Virus genome (UHGV): UHGV-0097046
Direction: 5' to 3' (one strand)
DNA length: 32,754 nt
From: a virus
Shown here: piece after piece, positions 17,164 to 27,088 of the stretch
How the letters are laid out: each line of letters begins with the position of its first letter
How positions within the stretch are numbered: position 1 is the stretch's first letter
Translations under genes and position numbers: made by a program
Notes under the pieces: generated by a model
Database searches by the model: none
Seen by the model: only the letters and a program-made list of their open reading frames with translations
What the model was told of the DNA's origin: nothing

Positions 17164-17634
17164 ATGTCTCAATTTAATGATATTTTTACTGGTGGTCTGG
17201 TAAGTCTGTTCTATCACGCTGATACCACTAACACCGCTCTCGATCACTCCGGTTACGAAGAAATTAAAGAGTGTGCTGGTTTTCCTGAAACTGGTATCGA
17301 GCGCGGTACTGTAGAAGTTAAATCCTTCTCTTCTCAGTATAACCGTAAGCTGGTAGGGAAACTGAACGTTCCTGATCTGACTCTGACCGTTAACTACATC
17401 CCAGGCGATGCGGTGCACGAGAAGCTCATTAAAGCTGCCGAAGACGGTACTCGAATTCAGATTAAGATTGAATACTATGTTGATGCAGCAAAACAGACTG
17501 GTATTCGCACCGCTTTCAACGGCTTTATTTCTAAAGTTGCTATGAACGGTGGCGATGAAGAAGTTGTAACCAAAGAGTTTACCTTCGCGGTGGACGGAAA
17601 GCCGATCAAACAGGAAATCTTCACTGCCGGATGA
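17164..17634 (+). CDS. Major tail tube protein, lambda gpV N-domain-like (156 aa)
   Basis: Similarity to the lambda gpV tube domain (EDGTRIQIKIEY / FNGFISKVA / EVVTKEFTFAVDGKP versus gpV EGDTRAYKIRF / FRGWVSSIG / EVITRTVKVTNVGRP); AAGGGGTAATTCT RBS; position before G/T chaperones. Confidence 0.75.
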   Translation: MSQFNDIFTGGLVSLFYHADTTNTALDHSGYEEIKECAGFPETGIERGTVEVKSFSSQYNRKLVGKLNVPDLTLTVNYIPGDAVHEKLIKAAEDGTRIQIKIEYYVDAAKQTGIRTAFNGFISKVAMNGGDEEVVTKEFTFAVDGKPIKQEIFTAG

Positions 17635-17760
17635 ACTAACGAAGAACTTCCTTTAATAGAACCGGAACCACTACCGGAACATGAAGCGGTGGTGATTCCA
17701 GAAGTAGAAGAAGTTACGGCGAAAGCCACAGCAAAACGAGGCCGCAAGGCTAAGAATTAA
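17635..17760 (+). other. In-frame open extension after the major tail TGA stop (41 codons, TNEELPLIEPEPLPEHEAVVIPEVEEVTAKATAKRGRKAKN): candidate programmed readthrough tail
   Basis: Same frame as 17164..17634; last 36 nt encoding VTAKATAKRGRK identical to 11770-11805; followed by the same terminator design. Confidence 0.45.
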
Positions 17761-17765
17761 TTTTA

Positions 17766-17793
17766 AGCCCTGCCTTAATGGTGGGGCTTTTTT
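17766..17793 (+). terminator. Intrinsic terminator (gccctgcc-ttaat-ggtggggc + TTTTTT)
   Basis: About 9-bp stem with G-U pairs, T-run. Confidence 0.6.
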
Positions 17794-17808
17794 ATTGGAG
17801 TAATCAAA

Positions 17809-18315
17809 ATGGCAAATGTCGTTAATAAGCCCGGCTGGGTCGGATCATCTGCTGTATCGGTGACGGGTAAGCGATGGATGAAAGAAGCATTAACAGCTTT
17901 AAAAGTTCCGGCTCCGCGTAATATGTCGGCAATGGCTGGTCGTGGTATGGATACGGTTGTAGCTACTGCATCGTGGTCTACTTCATTGGGTAATAACTGG
18001 GGTGTAACTGCTTCAAACTATCCTGTTTCCGGTATGCAAAGCAAAGGATCTATGGAGAACCCCGAAAACGTGGGCGTAGGCCGTCTAATTGGCGTTATCG
18101 TTGGTCAATTCAATGGCGGTACTCCTACTATGGCTGTATATCTCCAGAACGGTAGAGCGGGGAATATAACCGTTAATTTGGGTGGTGCTGCTGTCACTGT
18201 TCCTTATAACAGTATGCAAAGTGGTTTTCATTACTACTGGTTAAGCAATCCTCCGGCAGCTTTCCTCAATAACATTAAGAAGACTGGCACTAAGCAGACT
18301 TTGAAAATCTCTTAA
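17809..18315 (+). CDS. Hypothetical tail-region protein (168 aa), Gly/Ser/Thr-rich, possibly beta-sandwich
   Basis: ORF between major tail gene and chaperone genes; no family recognised. Confidence 0.5.
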   Translation: MANVVNKPGWVGSSAVSVTGKRWMKEALTALKVPAPRNMSAMAGRGMDTVVATASWSTSLGNNWGVTASNYPVSGMQSKGSMENPENVGVGRLIGVIVGQFNGGTPTMAVYLQNGRAGNITVNLGGAAVTVPYNSMQSGFHYYWLSNPPAAFLNNIKKTGTKQTLKIS

Positions 18316-18357
18316 ATTCTAAATAAACATATCGAATTAACTTAAGAGGAAACAAGA

Positions 18358-18666
18358 ATGAATATTAATGAAATGCTGAAAGCTCTTTCTCCGAAACGCG
18401 AATCTCTGACCATCGGTGGATTCACTTTCTATGCTCGCCCTATGTCAGTAAAAGAATTTAACGAACATGTTTTCAATACCGATAAAGATGACCGTGATGA
18501 ACGTTCTATTCTTCGTTGTATTGAAGATGAAGACGGTAAACCAGTATTTGAATCTATGGAACAAGTTAAGGCACTGTATACTAACGTCCGCAGTGAATTA
18601 ATCGGTTTGGTTGCTCAAGCGTCATTGATGCAAGATCCGACAGTAATTGAAAACGAGGTAAAGTAA
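18358..18666 (+). CDS. Tail assembly chaperone, gpG-like (102 aa)
   Basis: Position immediately upstream of tape measure; GAGGAAACAAGA RBS; followed by a -1-frame ORF lacking its own RBS. Confidence 0.55.
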   Translation: MNINEMLKALSPKRESLTIGGFTFYARPMSVKEFNEHVFNTDKDDRDERSILRCIEDEDGKPVFESMEQVKALYTNVRSELIGLVAQASLMQDPTVIENEVK

Positions 18667-18695
18667 ACCCGCTTCTGAATTTCTATTTTCGGCAA

Positions 18696-19037
18696 ATGAT
18701 GCGATCGGGGCTTAGTAAAGATGAAATGGATAATATGCCAATCACTCTGTTTTGGAAATTATACATTTTCGACACCTACTTAGAACCACAAAGCCCCGCG
18801 TTTCATGATATGCAGAATGCGATGTTGCAATATTCCATGTATATGACGTCGCAAGGAATGACACGCGAAACTGCACGCAAACTCAAGCCTAGCCAATTCC
18901 AATTAATTAGAGAAGAAAAACTCTTTAAAACTAAAGAAGAACTGGAAGAAATTGCACGCAAGAAAGAAGAAGAACGTAAAGCGGCAATGCTGAACATGTT
19001 TGATCCATCTTTGCTTGAGAAACTCAGAAGCGGTTAA
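18696..19037 (+). CDS. gpT-like segment, probably expressed mainly as G-T fusion via -1 frameshift
   Basis: In -1 frame relative to 18358..18666; frame open from 18651; no Shine-Dalgarno before ATG 18696. Confidence 0.45.
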   Translation: MMRSGLSKDEMDNMPITLFWKLYIFDTYLEPQSPAFHDMQNAMLQYSMYMTSQGMTRETARKLKPSQFQLIREEKLFKTKEELEEIARKKEEERKAAMLNMFDPSLLEKLRSG

Positions 19038-19048
19038 AGGGGTAATTT

Positions 19049-21478
19049 ATGACAAAACATATAGTAACAATAGAAGGGGATAATAAAGGTCTAAGGAGAA
19101 GTACCAATGAAGCCGCCGACCTTCTCGATAGTTTGTCTGAAAAGGCAAGTAATATTGATTTTGGTGGTGGCTTATCTGGTCTGACTGGATCTCTTCGTGG
19201 GATCGCTGGCTCTGCTGGTTTGGCTGCTGGTGGTATCGGCTTAGTTGCGACCGCAGTGGTTGCAGCCGCTAAAGCTGGCGCGGAATACGTTAAACAATAT
19301 TCAGAAGTATCTAAGGCGACCGGACTCTCGATTGAATCCCTTCAAAGACTGGAAAAGGAATTTTCTGGTACTGGCCTAACAGTTGAAAAATTCGGTGATA
19401 TCAACAAAGACACCTTAGATAAGATGGGTGATGCATGGGCTAACGGTGGTGGTATTGCTGATGACTTAGAATCGGTTGGTCTTAAGTTAGAAAACTATGC
19501 TCACTTCATGACAGATCCGCAAGGTGGTATGAAAGCGGCGATCCAAGTGTTCTATGACATGAAGAAAGCCGGAAAATCAATGGCTGAAATCAAGTTCATG
19601 ATGGAATCTTTAGCCAGTGATTCAAGCCATATGACCAGCCAGCTTGAGAAATATAATAGTGCTCAAGAGGCGATGATCGCTATTCAGAATCAATCTGTTA
19701 ACGTCACCGAAGAAAACGCTAAAAAATATGATAAATTTTCTCAGAATATTAATAAGCTGGAAAATAACCTGAAAGGCGCAGCCATGACCATTACTGGTCC
19801 TTTGGTTGATAGCTTAAACTGGTTATTTGAATGGTTTAATATTGATTGGGAAAAGAGTTCTCTATTCAGGGCATTAGACCGTCTGAATAAAGAAGGTAAG
19901 ACCGCAACTGGTGGTATTCTTAACACCAACCATAAAGACGCTCAAAAGATTATTGACAAGTACAATAAAGAAAAGCGTTGGAATAATCTAGCAGATTGGG
20001 AAAAGGCCGCGATCCGTGGTGCTGGTGTCGATCCTCGTACTGCTGGCTTTGATGTAGAAGGATTTAAGAAACGTTTTGGTGGGTCTTATAAGAAAAATGG
20101 TGCTCTGATTGTCGTAGATGCTGGTGAACATCTGACACGCAAGGCAGATCCTAACACTGATTTAACTCTACCAAATAAACCAGTAAGACCAGAATCATTG
20201 GGTAAATCTGGCAACGAGAAGAAAGCCGAGGAAGAAGCACGCAAGAAAGCGGAAGAGGCAGCTAAAAAGGCTAAGGAAGCCGCAGAAAAAGCACAGAAAG
20301 AACGTGAGGATGCAATCAAGCGTCTGAATGCACTTGATGTTAAATTGCAAGGGCAAGTTGCAGCGTCTATTGCTTCTCAAAACAAGCAGTTAGAAGCCAG
20401 CTTGAAAGATTTGGATACTGCTTTAGATCTGGGCTTAATCTCTCAGCAAGACGCAGCCGCGAAACGCCAATCCTTAATCGATCAGAATACTGAAAACGTA
20501 TACAAGATGATTTTAGGTGCTGATCCGGTTGATGCTCTGAATGCTTTAACACAATTGCAACAAATCAGGGATAATGAGTTAGAAAGCCATAAACGGTTAC
20601 TTGATGGTAAGGCTATCTCCTACGAAGAATATATGCGTCGTGTGAATGATACCGAACAAAGTTATTCGCAGATTGAAGATTCTTTGCATGGAATGGATGG
20701 TTTTAAAACCAATCAGTTGACCAATAGCTTAGACTATCAGGACTCAAATAATCCGTTTGCTAAATTTAATGCAATCGATAAAGAGAAATCGGAAGCCGAA
20801 CAAGATTATAAAACCGATAAACTCAAGATTGATGGGATCACCGATCCGGCTAAACGGATGGAAGAATTAGAAAAACTCAATGAAAACCATCAAAAACGAA
20901 TGGCTGCAATTGAGAAGAAATATGCTGATGCTCGCCAGTCAATAGCCGATGATATGTACGGCGGTTTTGCTGCTGCAATGACTCTCTTCGGGCAGGAAAA
21001 CACTAAAGCTATGCAGATGGCTTTCAATGCTCATAAAGCATTCTCTATCGGACAAGCGACGGTGAACATGTGGACGGCTGCTACCGATGCATGGAACGAT
21101 CCGACCAACGTAACCACAGGTCAAAAAATCGCTGCTGCTGCATTGGCTGTTTCTCAGAACATGGGGAACATCGCAAACATCAAGTCTACTAACGTTAGCG
21201 GTATGGCTCATGATGGTATCGATAATATCCCTCGTGAGGGTACATGGTTGCTTGATAAGGGTGAACGAGTAGTTGATCAGCGTACTAACGGTGATTTGAA
21301 AGACTTCCTTGCTGCTCAAAAATCAGGCGGTGGCAACTCTCAGCCGATTGAAGTTAACGCACCTTTGAACATTAACGGCAACGTTAATAGCTCAGACAAG
21401 ATGGTCATGGATGCTATCAAACGTCACGCTAAGTTAGTTGCTCAGGCGGTAGAAGACGCACAACGCCGTAAGATGTAA
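19049..21478 (+). CDS. Tail tape measure protein (809 aa)
   Basis: Size, position after the G/T pair, Gly/Ala-rich hydrophobic segment (GGGLSGLTGSLRGIAGSAGLAAGGIGLVATAVVAAAKAGA), extended coiled-coil/charged regions. Confidence 0.8.
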   Translation: MTKHIVTIEGDNKGLRRSTNEAADLLDSLSEKASNIDFGGGLSGLTGSLRGIAGSAGLAAGGIGLVATAVVAAAKAGAEYVKQYSEVSKATGLSIESLQRLEKEFSGTGLTVEKFGDINKDTLDKMGDAWANGGGIADDLESVGLKLENYAHFMTDPQGGMKAAIQVFYDMKKAGKSMAEIKFMMESLASDSSHMTSQLEKYNSAQEAMIAIQNQSVNVTEENAKKYDKFSQNINKLENNLKGAAMTITGPLVDSLNWLFEWFNIDWEKSSLFRALDRLNKEGKTATGGILNTNHKDAQKIIDKYNKEKRWNNLADWEKAAIRGAGVDPRTAGFDVEGFKKRFGGSYKKNGALIVVDAGEHLTRKADPNTDLTLPNKPVRPESLGKSGNEKKAEEEARKKAEEAAKKAKEAAEKAQKEREDAIKRLNALDVKLQGQVAASIASQNKQLEASLKDLDTALDLGLISQQDAAAKRQSLIDQNTENVYKMILGADPVDALNALTQLQQIRDNELESHKRLLDGKAISYEEYMRRVNDTEQSYSQIEDSLHGMDGFKTNQLTNSLDYQDSNNPFAKFNAIDKEKSEAEQDYKTDKLKIDGITDPAKRMEELEKLNENHQKRMAAIEKKYADARQSIADDMYGGFAAAMTLFGQENTKAMQMAFNAHKAFSIGQATVNMWTAATDAWNDPTNVTTGQKIAAAALAVSQNMGNIANIKSTNVSGMAHDGIDNIPREGTWLLDKGERVVDQRTNGDLKDFLAAQKSGGGNSQPIEVNAPLNINGNVNSSDKMVMDAIKRHAKLVAQAVEDAQRRKM

Positions 21479-21483
21479 TTAAA

Positions 21484-21526
21484 AGCCCCCATAGTCATAA
21501 ATAATCATAAAACTATGGGGGCTTTT
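21484..21526 (+). terminator. Hairpin (agcccccatag ... ctatgggggct) with TTTT; terminator or attenuator after tape measure gene
   Basis: 11-bp perfect stem with ~16-nt loop, then T-run immediately before the next start codon. Confidence 0.45.
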
Positions 21527-21528
21527 CT

Positions 21529-22089
21529 ATGTTCAAATCCAAGAATATTAAAATCACAGATTTTACTCTTAAATCAAAACAGCCTTTCTTCAAGGCGCAA
21601 TCTATCTCCGGTAAATTTCAACGTCGCTTTACTGGCATTCATTTTTACGAAGCAGAATTTACCGCGAATTACATGGCTCAGGATATTAACGAAGTAAAAG
21701 AATTTGTAGCACGTCACCTTTTTGGTCGTCCTTTTAGTGTGCCACTGTCTTACTTTTCAAAATATACAGGTGATGTACGCCAGATGGTTACGGCTGCTGC
21801 TGGTACTGCTCGCGGTGGGCGTAAGGTGAGAATCTCCAACTTCACCGGAACACTGAAAGCGGGAACTATCATCCAGTTTGAGAACCACAAGAAAATCTAC
21901 ACGATCACCGAAGATGTGAAATCAGGTGGCGAAATGAAACTCTTCCCTAATTTGCGTCAGAACGTCCTGGCTGGTGAGGTGATCAAGTATCAGAACGTAG
22001 AAGGTGAATTTGTTCTCAAAACGGAAAATATCGATTGGAAGATCGCCCAGATTGGCAAGATGAAATTCGAATTAGTGGAGAATGTATAA
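21529..22089 (+). CDS. Minor/distal tail protein (lambda gpM position)
   Basis: Position directly after tape measure; stop overlaps next start (TAATG). Confidence 0.5.
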   Translation: MFKSKNIKITDFTLKSKQPFFKAQSISGKFQRRFTGIHFYEAEFTANYMAQDINEVKEFVARHLFGRPFSVPLSYFSKYTGDVRQMVTAAAGTARGGRKVRISNFTGTLKAGTIIQFENHKKIYTITEDVKSGGEMKLFPNLRQNVLAGEVIKYQNVEGEFVLKTENIDWKIAQIGKMKFELVENV

Positions 22090-22742
22090 TGGCAACTATT
22101 CAGGAATCATTCAGCAAACTATGCACTAATCTGGACTTCATCGAGGTATACAACGACCAGACAGGTCAGAATGTGTCTAGATTGACTCTACCGCAGCTTT
22201 TCTCTACTGGCTCGATGTTTCACATTATCGAAGTGATAACAGCGTCAGGGGACGTTCTACGGCTTACAGATGGGTATTTCGATTTGGACTATAACGGTTT
22301 TACATATCTCGCAACGGGTGATTTTCTTCAAATCTCATCGAATACCGAAGAGAAGGAGATCAACAACAACGGGATCAACGTAACTGTTTCTAACGTTCGC
22401 GAAGAATACATTAGCCTGATTCGAAACAAGCAATTCGATAAATCTGATGTGAAAATCGAGATGGTTTTCCTTAACCCCAACACGGGCAAGGTTGAAACTA
22501 CTTACCCTGTTTTCCGTGGGGTAGTCGATTCCATCGGTATTAACATCGAACATGAAGATGATGAGTGTAAAAACGAATCAGAATTTCAGCTTAATAGTAT
22601 CTGGGAAGTTCTAGATAAAAACGCTCGTAGTCATGCCTCCGATGGTATCCACCGATCCTATGTTGGAAACGAGAACGATCTATTCTTCTCTCGTGCCGGG
22701 AAGTGGCAAAGCGAGTCGAAGTGGTTTAGCTCTAAGAAATAA
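22089..22742 (+). CDS. Minor tail protein (lambda gpL position, 217 aa)
   Basis: Start at ATG overlapping upstream stop with GGAGA RBS (track ORF begins upstream at 22035); size close to gpL. Confidence 0.5.
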   Translation: MATIQESFSKLCTNLDFIEVYNDQTGQNVSRLTLPQLFSTGSMFHIIEVITASGDVLRLTDGYFDLDYNGFTYLATGDFLQISSNTEEKEINNNGINVTVSNVREEYISLIRNKQFDKSDVKIEMVFLNPNTGKVETTYPVFRGVVDSIGINIEHEDDECKNESEFQLNSIWEVLDKNARSHASDGIHRSYVGNENDLFFSRAGKWQSESKWFSSKK

Positions 22743-22788
22743 TCCCTTCTCCCTAAGCCTAGTAAATAACAGCATGGAGGTATTCAAC

Positions 22789-23208
22789 ATGCTAAAAACT
22801 AGGCTTATCACCGATTACATCAATTCTTTAATAGGTCAGGAGTTCGTTCAAGGCGAGAATGATTGCAATCTCATTGCATGTAAGATCATCGATATTCTCG
22901 CTGGTACTGACCTATATAATTCTCTTTATAAAAAATATTCAACTAAAGAAGAAGGCTTGAAAATCTGCAAAGAATTAAGCGGATATTCAAACATCCTTCA
23001 ACCAATAAAGAAACATTTCAAATTAGTCACTGATGATTTACAGGACGGCGACTTACTGGTCACAGCCCACAAATTAGGAAACCGTAATTATTATTCCGTA
23101 GTTCCTCATTATTCCGGTTATGGCCTCGTTGAAGAAGATGGTATCTGGATGACCATTCCTGTTTCAGACATTGACTATGAACAAGTTTATAGATTCGGGG
23201 GTGAATAA
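22789..23208 (+). CDS. Tail assembly protein candidate (lambda gpK/gpI position), possible NlpC/P60-like Cys-His fold
   Basis: ATG at 22789 with GGAGG RBS (track ORF begins upstream at 22633); conserved Cys (ENDCNL) and downstream His residues; stop overlaps J-like start. Confidence 0.4.
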   Translation: MLKTRLITDYINSLIGQEFVQGENDCNLIACKIIDILAGTDLYNSLYKKYSTKEEGLKICKELSGYSNILQPIKKHFKLVTDDLQDGDLLVTAHKLGNRNYYSVVPHYSGYGLVEEDGIWMTIPVSDIDYEQVYRFGGE

Positions 23209-26200
23209 TGGGATTTGAAATATTGGTAGGCGCGGTGATCGCTGGTGCTTCGGCGGGGATGGCGGCAGCCGCAACATTTTCTGTTATGACCGCAGTCGCT
23301 ATCGGTATGGCTGCTGGTGCAATGACCTTGATCGCTTCCACTGTAGGCGCACCAAAAACACCTAAAGTACAAAGCCCAGATAATGCGGTGACACTAGGAA
23401 CATCAAACGATCCGAAGACAGTATTACCCGTTCTTTTCGGTGTTACCCGTACTGGTACAAACTGCGTTTACAAAGCAATTTCTAAAAGAGAAAACAATAA
23501 GTTAGTGCAAATCTTCGCTGTAGCAGAGGGTGAAATCGACCACTACAAAGCACTGTTTATCGATAATAAAAATGTTCTTGTTGGTAAGAACATGACGATC
23601 CGTGATGGCATTCTCGATAAGGGCAACATTAAAGAAGAATACCGGAAAGTGTTGGAGGTTGAGTTCCGCACGGGTAAGAATCCTAACACCGCTTTGTCAC
23701 TGGCAAAACAGCATTTAGGCTCAGACTGGACCGATGCTTACAAGGGTAACGGCATTGCAACCATGTGTATTGTGTTACGTCGTGATGACAAATCTCTTGC
23801 TGCTGGTGTTGATATCCTTCAACCAAATAGCCAAGTGGCAGTCGATGTTATGGGCTTAAAGATTCGTAACCTTGAAACCAATGCTATTGAGGCTAGCACT
23901 AACGGCGTGGACCAGATTTTCCACTACCTAACAAATGAAAAATATGGCTTATCCGTACCAATTGAAAACATTAACGTTGATTCATTCCTGAAAGTACGTA
24001 AGCAAGTACGCCAGATGGATTTGCATTCAAACGGTGCATGTGATCCGAACGCCAGCTTTAAAGAGAACTTAACTAGCCTTATGCAGACTTTCGGCGGGGT
24101 GATGTTCGAATCCTTCGGAAGAATTACCCTGAAACTGGATGCTCCTGATATTGTTAAGCATACCTTCAATGAAGACAATATCATGATGGGTAAGGTATCA
24201 CTGAAAACAGGTGGCACTAACGGTTATTTCAATACCATTAACGCGATGTATCAGGAACCATCAATTGACTATTCCGAGCAAATGCTACGTTATCCGGCTG
24301 ATGCTGAAAACGATGCTACTATTCGTCAAGATGGTCGAATTATCGCTAAAGATATTGAATATCGTTTTGTTAAGTCTAAAGCCCAGATTGATAAACTTGC
24401 GAGTGTAGAACGAAATAAATCTCGTATCACTCAGGTTATCAGCTTTATGACTACTGACGCATTCACTGCCGAAGTTTGGGACGTTATCAGCGTAACCTAT
24501 GATGAATTGAAACTGAATAATTCACTTTGGCGTATTACCGCAATTGATCGTTCTATTGATTCTGGTATTGCTGGGATGATGACTATCACCGCTACAGAAT
24601 ATAATTCTCAGGTTTATACTGACCTGAACTATGCGGCAACTCCAGACAATAGACCAAGTGGTTTACCGGATTCAATGACAGTACAGAAGCCTACTAATTT
24701 CAGAATTAAGGCAACTGGCGAGACGATTTACGGTAAAAACGTTACTTTGACATGGGATGCACCGGAAGATTTTAACCGCTACGGCTTCCAGATTGATTAC
24801 CGTGTAAGCGGATCACCTAACTGGATTAAGTTGGGACAGACTTCACAGCAAATTTTCAGTGTCAATGCACTGGCAAAAGATCGTTCCTACGATTACCGAG
24901 TTTGTGCTTTCGGTATCATCGCGCGATCCGATTGGGTAGAACTGGTTAACCAGAATCCTACCGTTACCTATGAATTGCCGACTCCGGTTATTCGAATCAA
25001 AAATCAGGGTAGCACGCCAGGAACTTTCGAAGGTAATGATCTGATTATCGAATGGGAAAACCAGCAACAATTAGATGTGATGATCAACGGTGAAACTAAC
25101 AAGTTTAGTGACCTGTTTGAAGCATACATTATCAAGGTGACTAACAAGGCTGGTAAGTCTATTCAGTACCGTACCCGCGATCCTGAATCATGGACTTATA
25201 CGCTTGATATGAACCAGTTTAACGGCCTTTCGCGTCAACTGACGGTAGAAGTATCAGCTAAGGGCTATAACAACTCAGAGAGCGCCCCAGCGCGTTTAGT
25301 GGCTATCAACCCACAACATAAGCCAATGAAAGGTTTTAGTGCGCGTGGTGGCTTTAATACTGCGTTTGTTAGCTGGGCGGATGACGTAGAACATGACTAT
25401 GCAGGGTCAATCATCCAGTATGCAACCGACAACACTTTCTCAGATGCAAGGGCAGTAAGCACGAATAGTGTTAGCCATACTTCCTTTGATATTGCTGACG
25501 GTGATTATTATATCCGTGGTGCTCACTACGATATTTTCGGTATGGATGATGCTGTTTGGTCTGAACCGTATTTCATGCAAATGAAATCTACCATTAGCTG
25601 GGACGATCAGGACAAAGAAGCACTGGAAGACCTGATTGGTTTACAAGATCGCTTAGATGAAACCATCGCTGATGCTATTGCTCAAGCTGGCGCTAATGCC
25701 GATGCTAAAATTGATGCAATGCATAAGCAAATCACTACCGAGACGGGTAAAACTGTTCAAGCCTCAGCCGATACCTTAAAGAGTCTGATTGCTTCTGGTG
25801 ATAAGGCAAGTTCAACTAAGATTGATCAGGTTAAAGCTGAACTGAAAGGCGATATCACCAAAGAAGTTAGCGCCTCCGCTACAACCCTGAAACAAGCTAT
25901 TGCTACCAGTGAAGCAGCAAGCGCAAGTAAGATTGACCAAGTTCGGGTAGAAATGGATGGCAAGATTGCTGGTGTGAATCAGGAAGCGGACGTTAAGATC
26001 GATGCTTTGAAGGGAACCATTAACAGCAAATACAATCTAGCAGTTAATGCAGATGGTCGCGTGGCTGGCATTCACATGAGCGCAACTAACGATCCGGCAC
26101 AACCGACTAAAATCATCTTTACGGCTGATAAAATTGCTGTAGCTCCGCAGAACGGGACCGATGTTTGCCCGTTTGGTATCGAAGGTAACAAGGTTTATCT

Positions 26201-26984
26201 CGATAATGCGATGATTCGTAATGCCTCAATCGGATCAGCACAGATTACTGATGCTAGTATCACCACGGCTAAAATTGGCAATGCTGCGATCAATTCAGCG
26301 AAAATCCAAGACGGCGCGATCACCAACGCCAAGATTGTAAATGGCGCAATTGATAACGCTAAAATCGGTAACTATATCCAGTCTTCCAACTGGAACGGAT
26401 CTACCGGATGGCATATCAATAAGAACGGTAGTGCTACGTTCATGAACGCTACCGTTAAAGGTAATATCACGGCTGATTCCGGTACTCTGAACAACGTCAC
26501 GATTAACTCTAGCTGTGTTATTAAGGGTATGCTTGAAGCTACTCAGGTTAAGGGTGATTTCGTTAAGGTGATTGGTCGTAAGTTCCCACACCGTGATGTT
26601 AACGTTGATAATGGTTATGGTGGCTATCCGCAAGGTACAGTAACCGTTCGCGTTGAAGATGATCACAAGTTCGATCGTCAAATCGTTATTCCGGCAATTA
26701 GTTTTGGTGGATTGCGAGCGCGTGAAGGGTCGAACAATAATACCTATTACGACACCTGTCGCCTGATTGTTCGTAAGAATGGGTCAGAGTTGTATAATAG
26801 GGCGTATGGCGGTAATACTGGTCTTTACTCAGGTGTTATTGATATGCCAGCGGGTAAAGGTGCTGTGACCTTGACCTTTGAAGTGCAATCAAGCGCAATC
26901 AACAACTGGACGCCTAGCACATGGATCAGTGATTTAACTGTAATGGTAACTAAAAAAGCTACTACGGGTATTACTGTTTCTTAA
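23208..26984 (+). CDS. Central tail fiber / host specificity protein, lambda gpJ-like (1258 aa)
   Basis: C-terminal 150 aa clearly similar to the receptor-binding end of lambda gpJ (SGTLNNVTINSSC...; TVTVRVEDDHKFDRQIVIP; IDMPAGKGAVTLTF; LTVMVTKKATTGITVS); internal fibronectin-III-like segments; hydrophobic Gly/Ala-rich N-terminus. Confidence 0.88.
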   Translation: MGFEILVGAVIAGASAGMAAAATFSVMTAVAIGMAAGAMTLIASTVGAPKTPKVQSPDNAVTLGTSNDPKTVLPVLFGVTRTGTNCVYKAISKRENNKLVQIFAVAEGEIDHYKALFIDNKNVLVGKNMTIRDGILDKGNIKEEYRKVLEVEFRTGKNPNTALSLAKQHLGSDWTDAYKGNGIATMCIVLRRDDKSLAAGVDILQPNSQVAVDVMGLKIRNLETNAIEASTNGVDQIFHYLTNEKYGLSVPIENINVDSFLKVRKQVRQMDLHSNGACDPNASFKENLTSLMQTFGGVMFESFGRITLKLDAPDIVKHTFNEDNIMMGKVSLKTGGTNGYFNTINAMYQEPSIDYSEQMLRYPADAENDATIRQDGRIIAKDIEYRFVKSKAQIDKLASVERNKSRITQVISFMTTDAFTAEVWDVISVTYDELKLNNSLWRITAIDRSIDSGIAGMMTITATEYNSQVYTDLNYAATPDNRPSGLPDSMTVQKPTNFRIKATGETIYGKNVTLTWDAPEDFNRYGFQIDYRVSGSPNWIKLGQTSQQIFSVNALAKDRSYDYRVCAFGIIARSDWVELVNQNPTVTYELPTPVIRIKNQGSTPGTFEGNDLIIEWENQQQLDVMINGETNKFSDLFEAYIIKVTNKAGKSIQYRTRDPESWTYTLDMNQFNGLSRQLTVEVSAKGYNNSESAPARLVAINPQHKPMKGFSARGGFNTAFVSWADDVEHDYAGSIIQYATDNTFSDARAVSTNSVSHTSFDIADGDYYIRGAHYDIFGMDDAVWSEPYFMQMKSTISWDDQDKEALEDLIGLQDRLDETIADAIAQAGANADAKIDAMHKQITTETGKTVQASADTLKSLIASGDKASSTKIDQVKAELKGDITKEVSASATTLKQAIATSEAASASKIDQVRVEMDGKIAGVNQEADVKIDALKGTINSKYNLAVNADGRVAGIHMSATNDPAQPTKIIFTADKIAVAPQNGTDVCPFGIEGNKVYLDNAMIRNASIGSAQITDASITTAKIGNAAINSAKIQDGAITNAKIVNGAIDNAKIGNYIQSSNWNGSTGWHINKNGSATFMNATVKGNITADSGTLNNVTINSSCVIKGMLEATQVKGDFVKVIGRKFPHRDVNVDNGYGGYPQGTVTVRVEDDHKFDRQIVIPAISFGGLRAREGSNNNTYYDTCRLIVRKNGSELYNRAYGGNTGLYSGVIDMPAGKGAVTLTFEVQSSAINNWTPSTWISDLTVMVTKKATTGITVS

Positions 26985-27088
26985 AAATTTAATTTTAATA
27001 ATTAATCCCGCTTAATTCTTTTGAGTTAGGCGGGATTATTTTTATCTAAATAATTCTGCCATGAAATTATAAAAATATCGGGGGCGTA

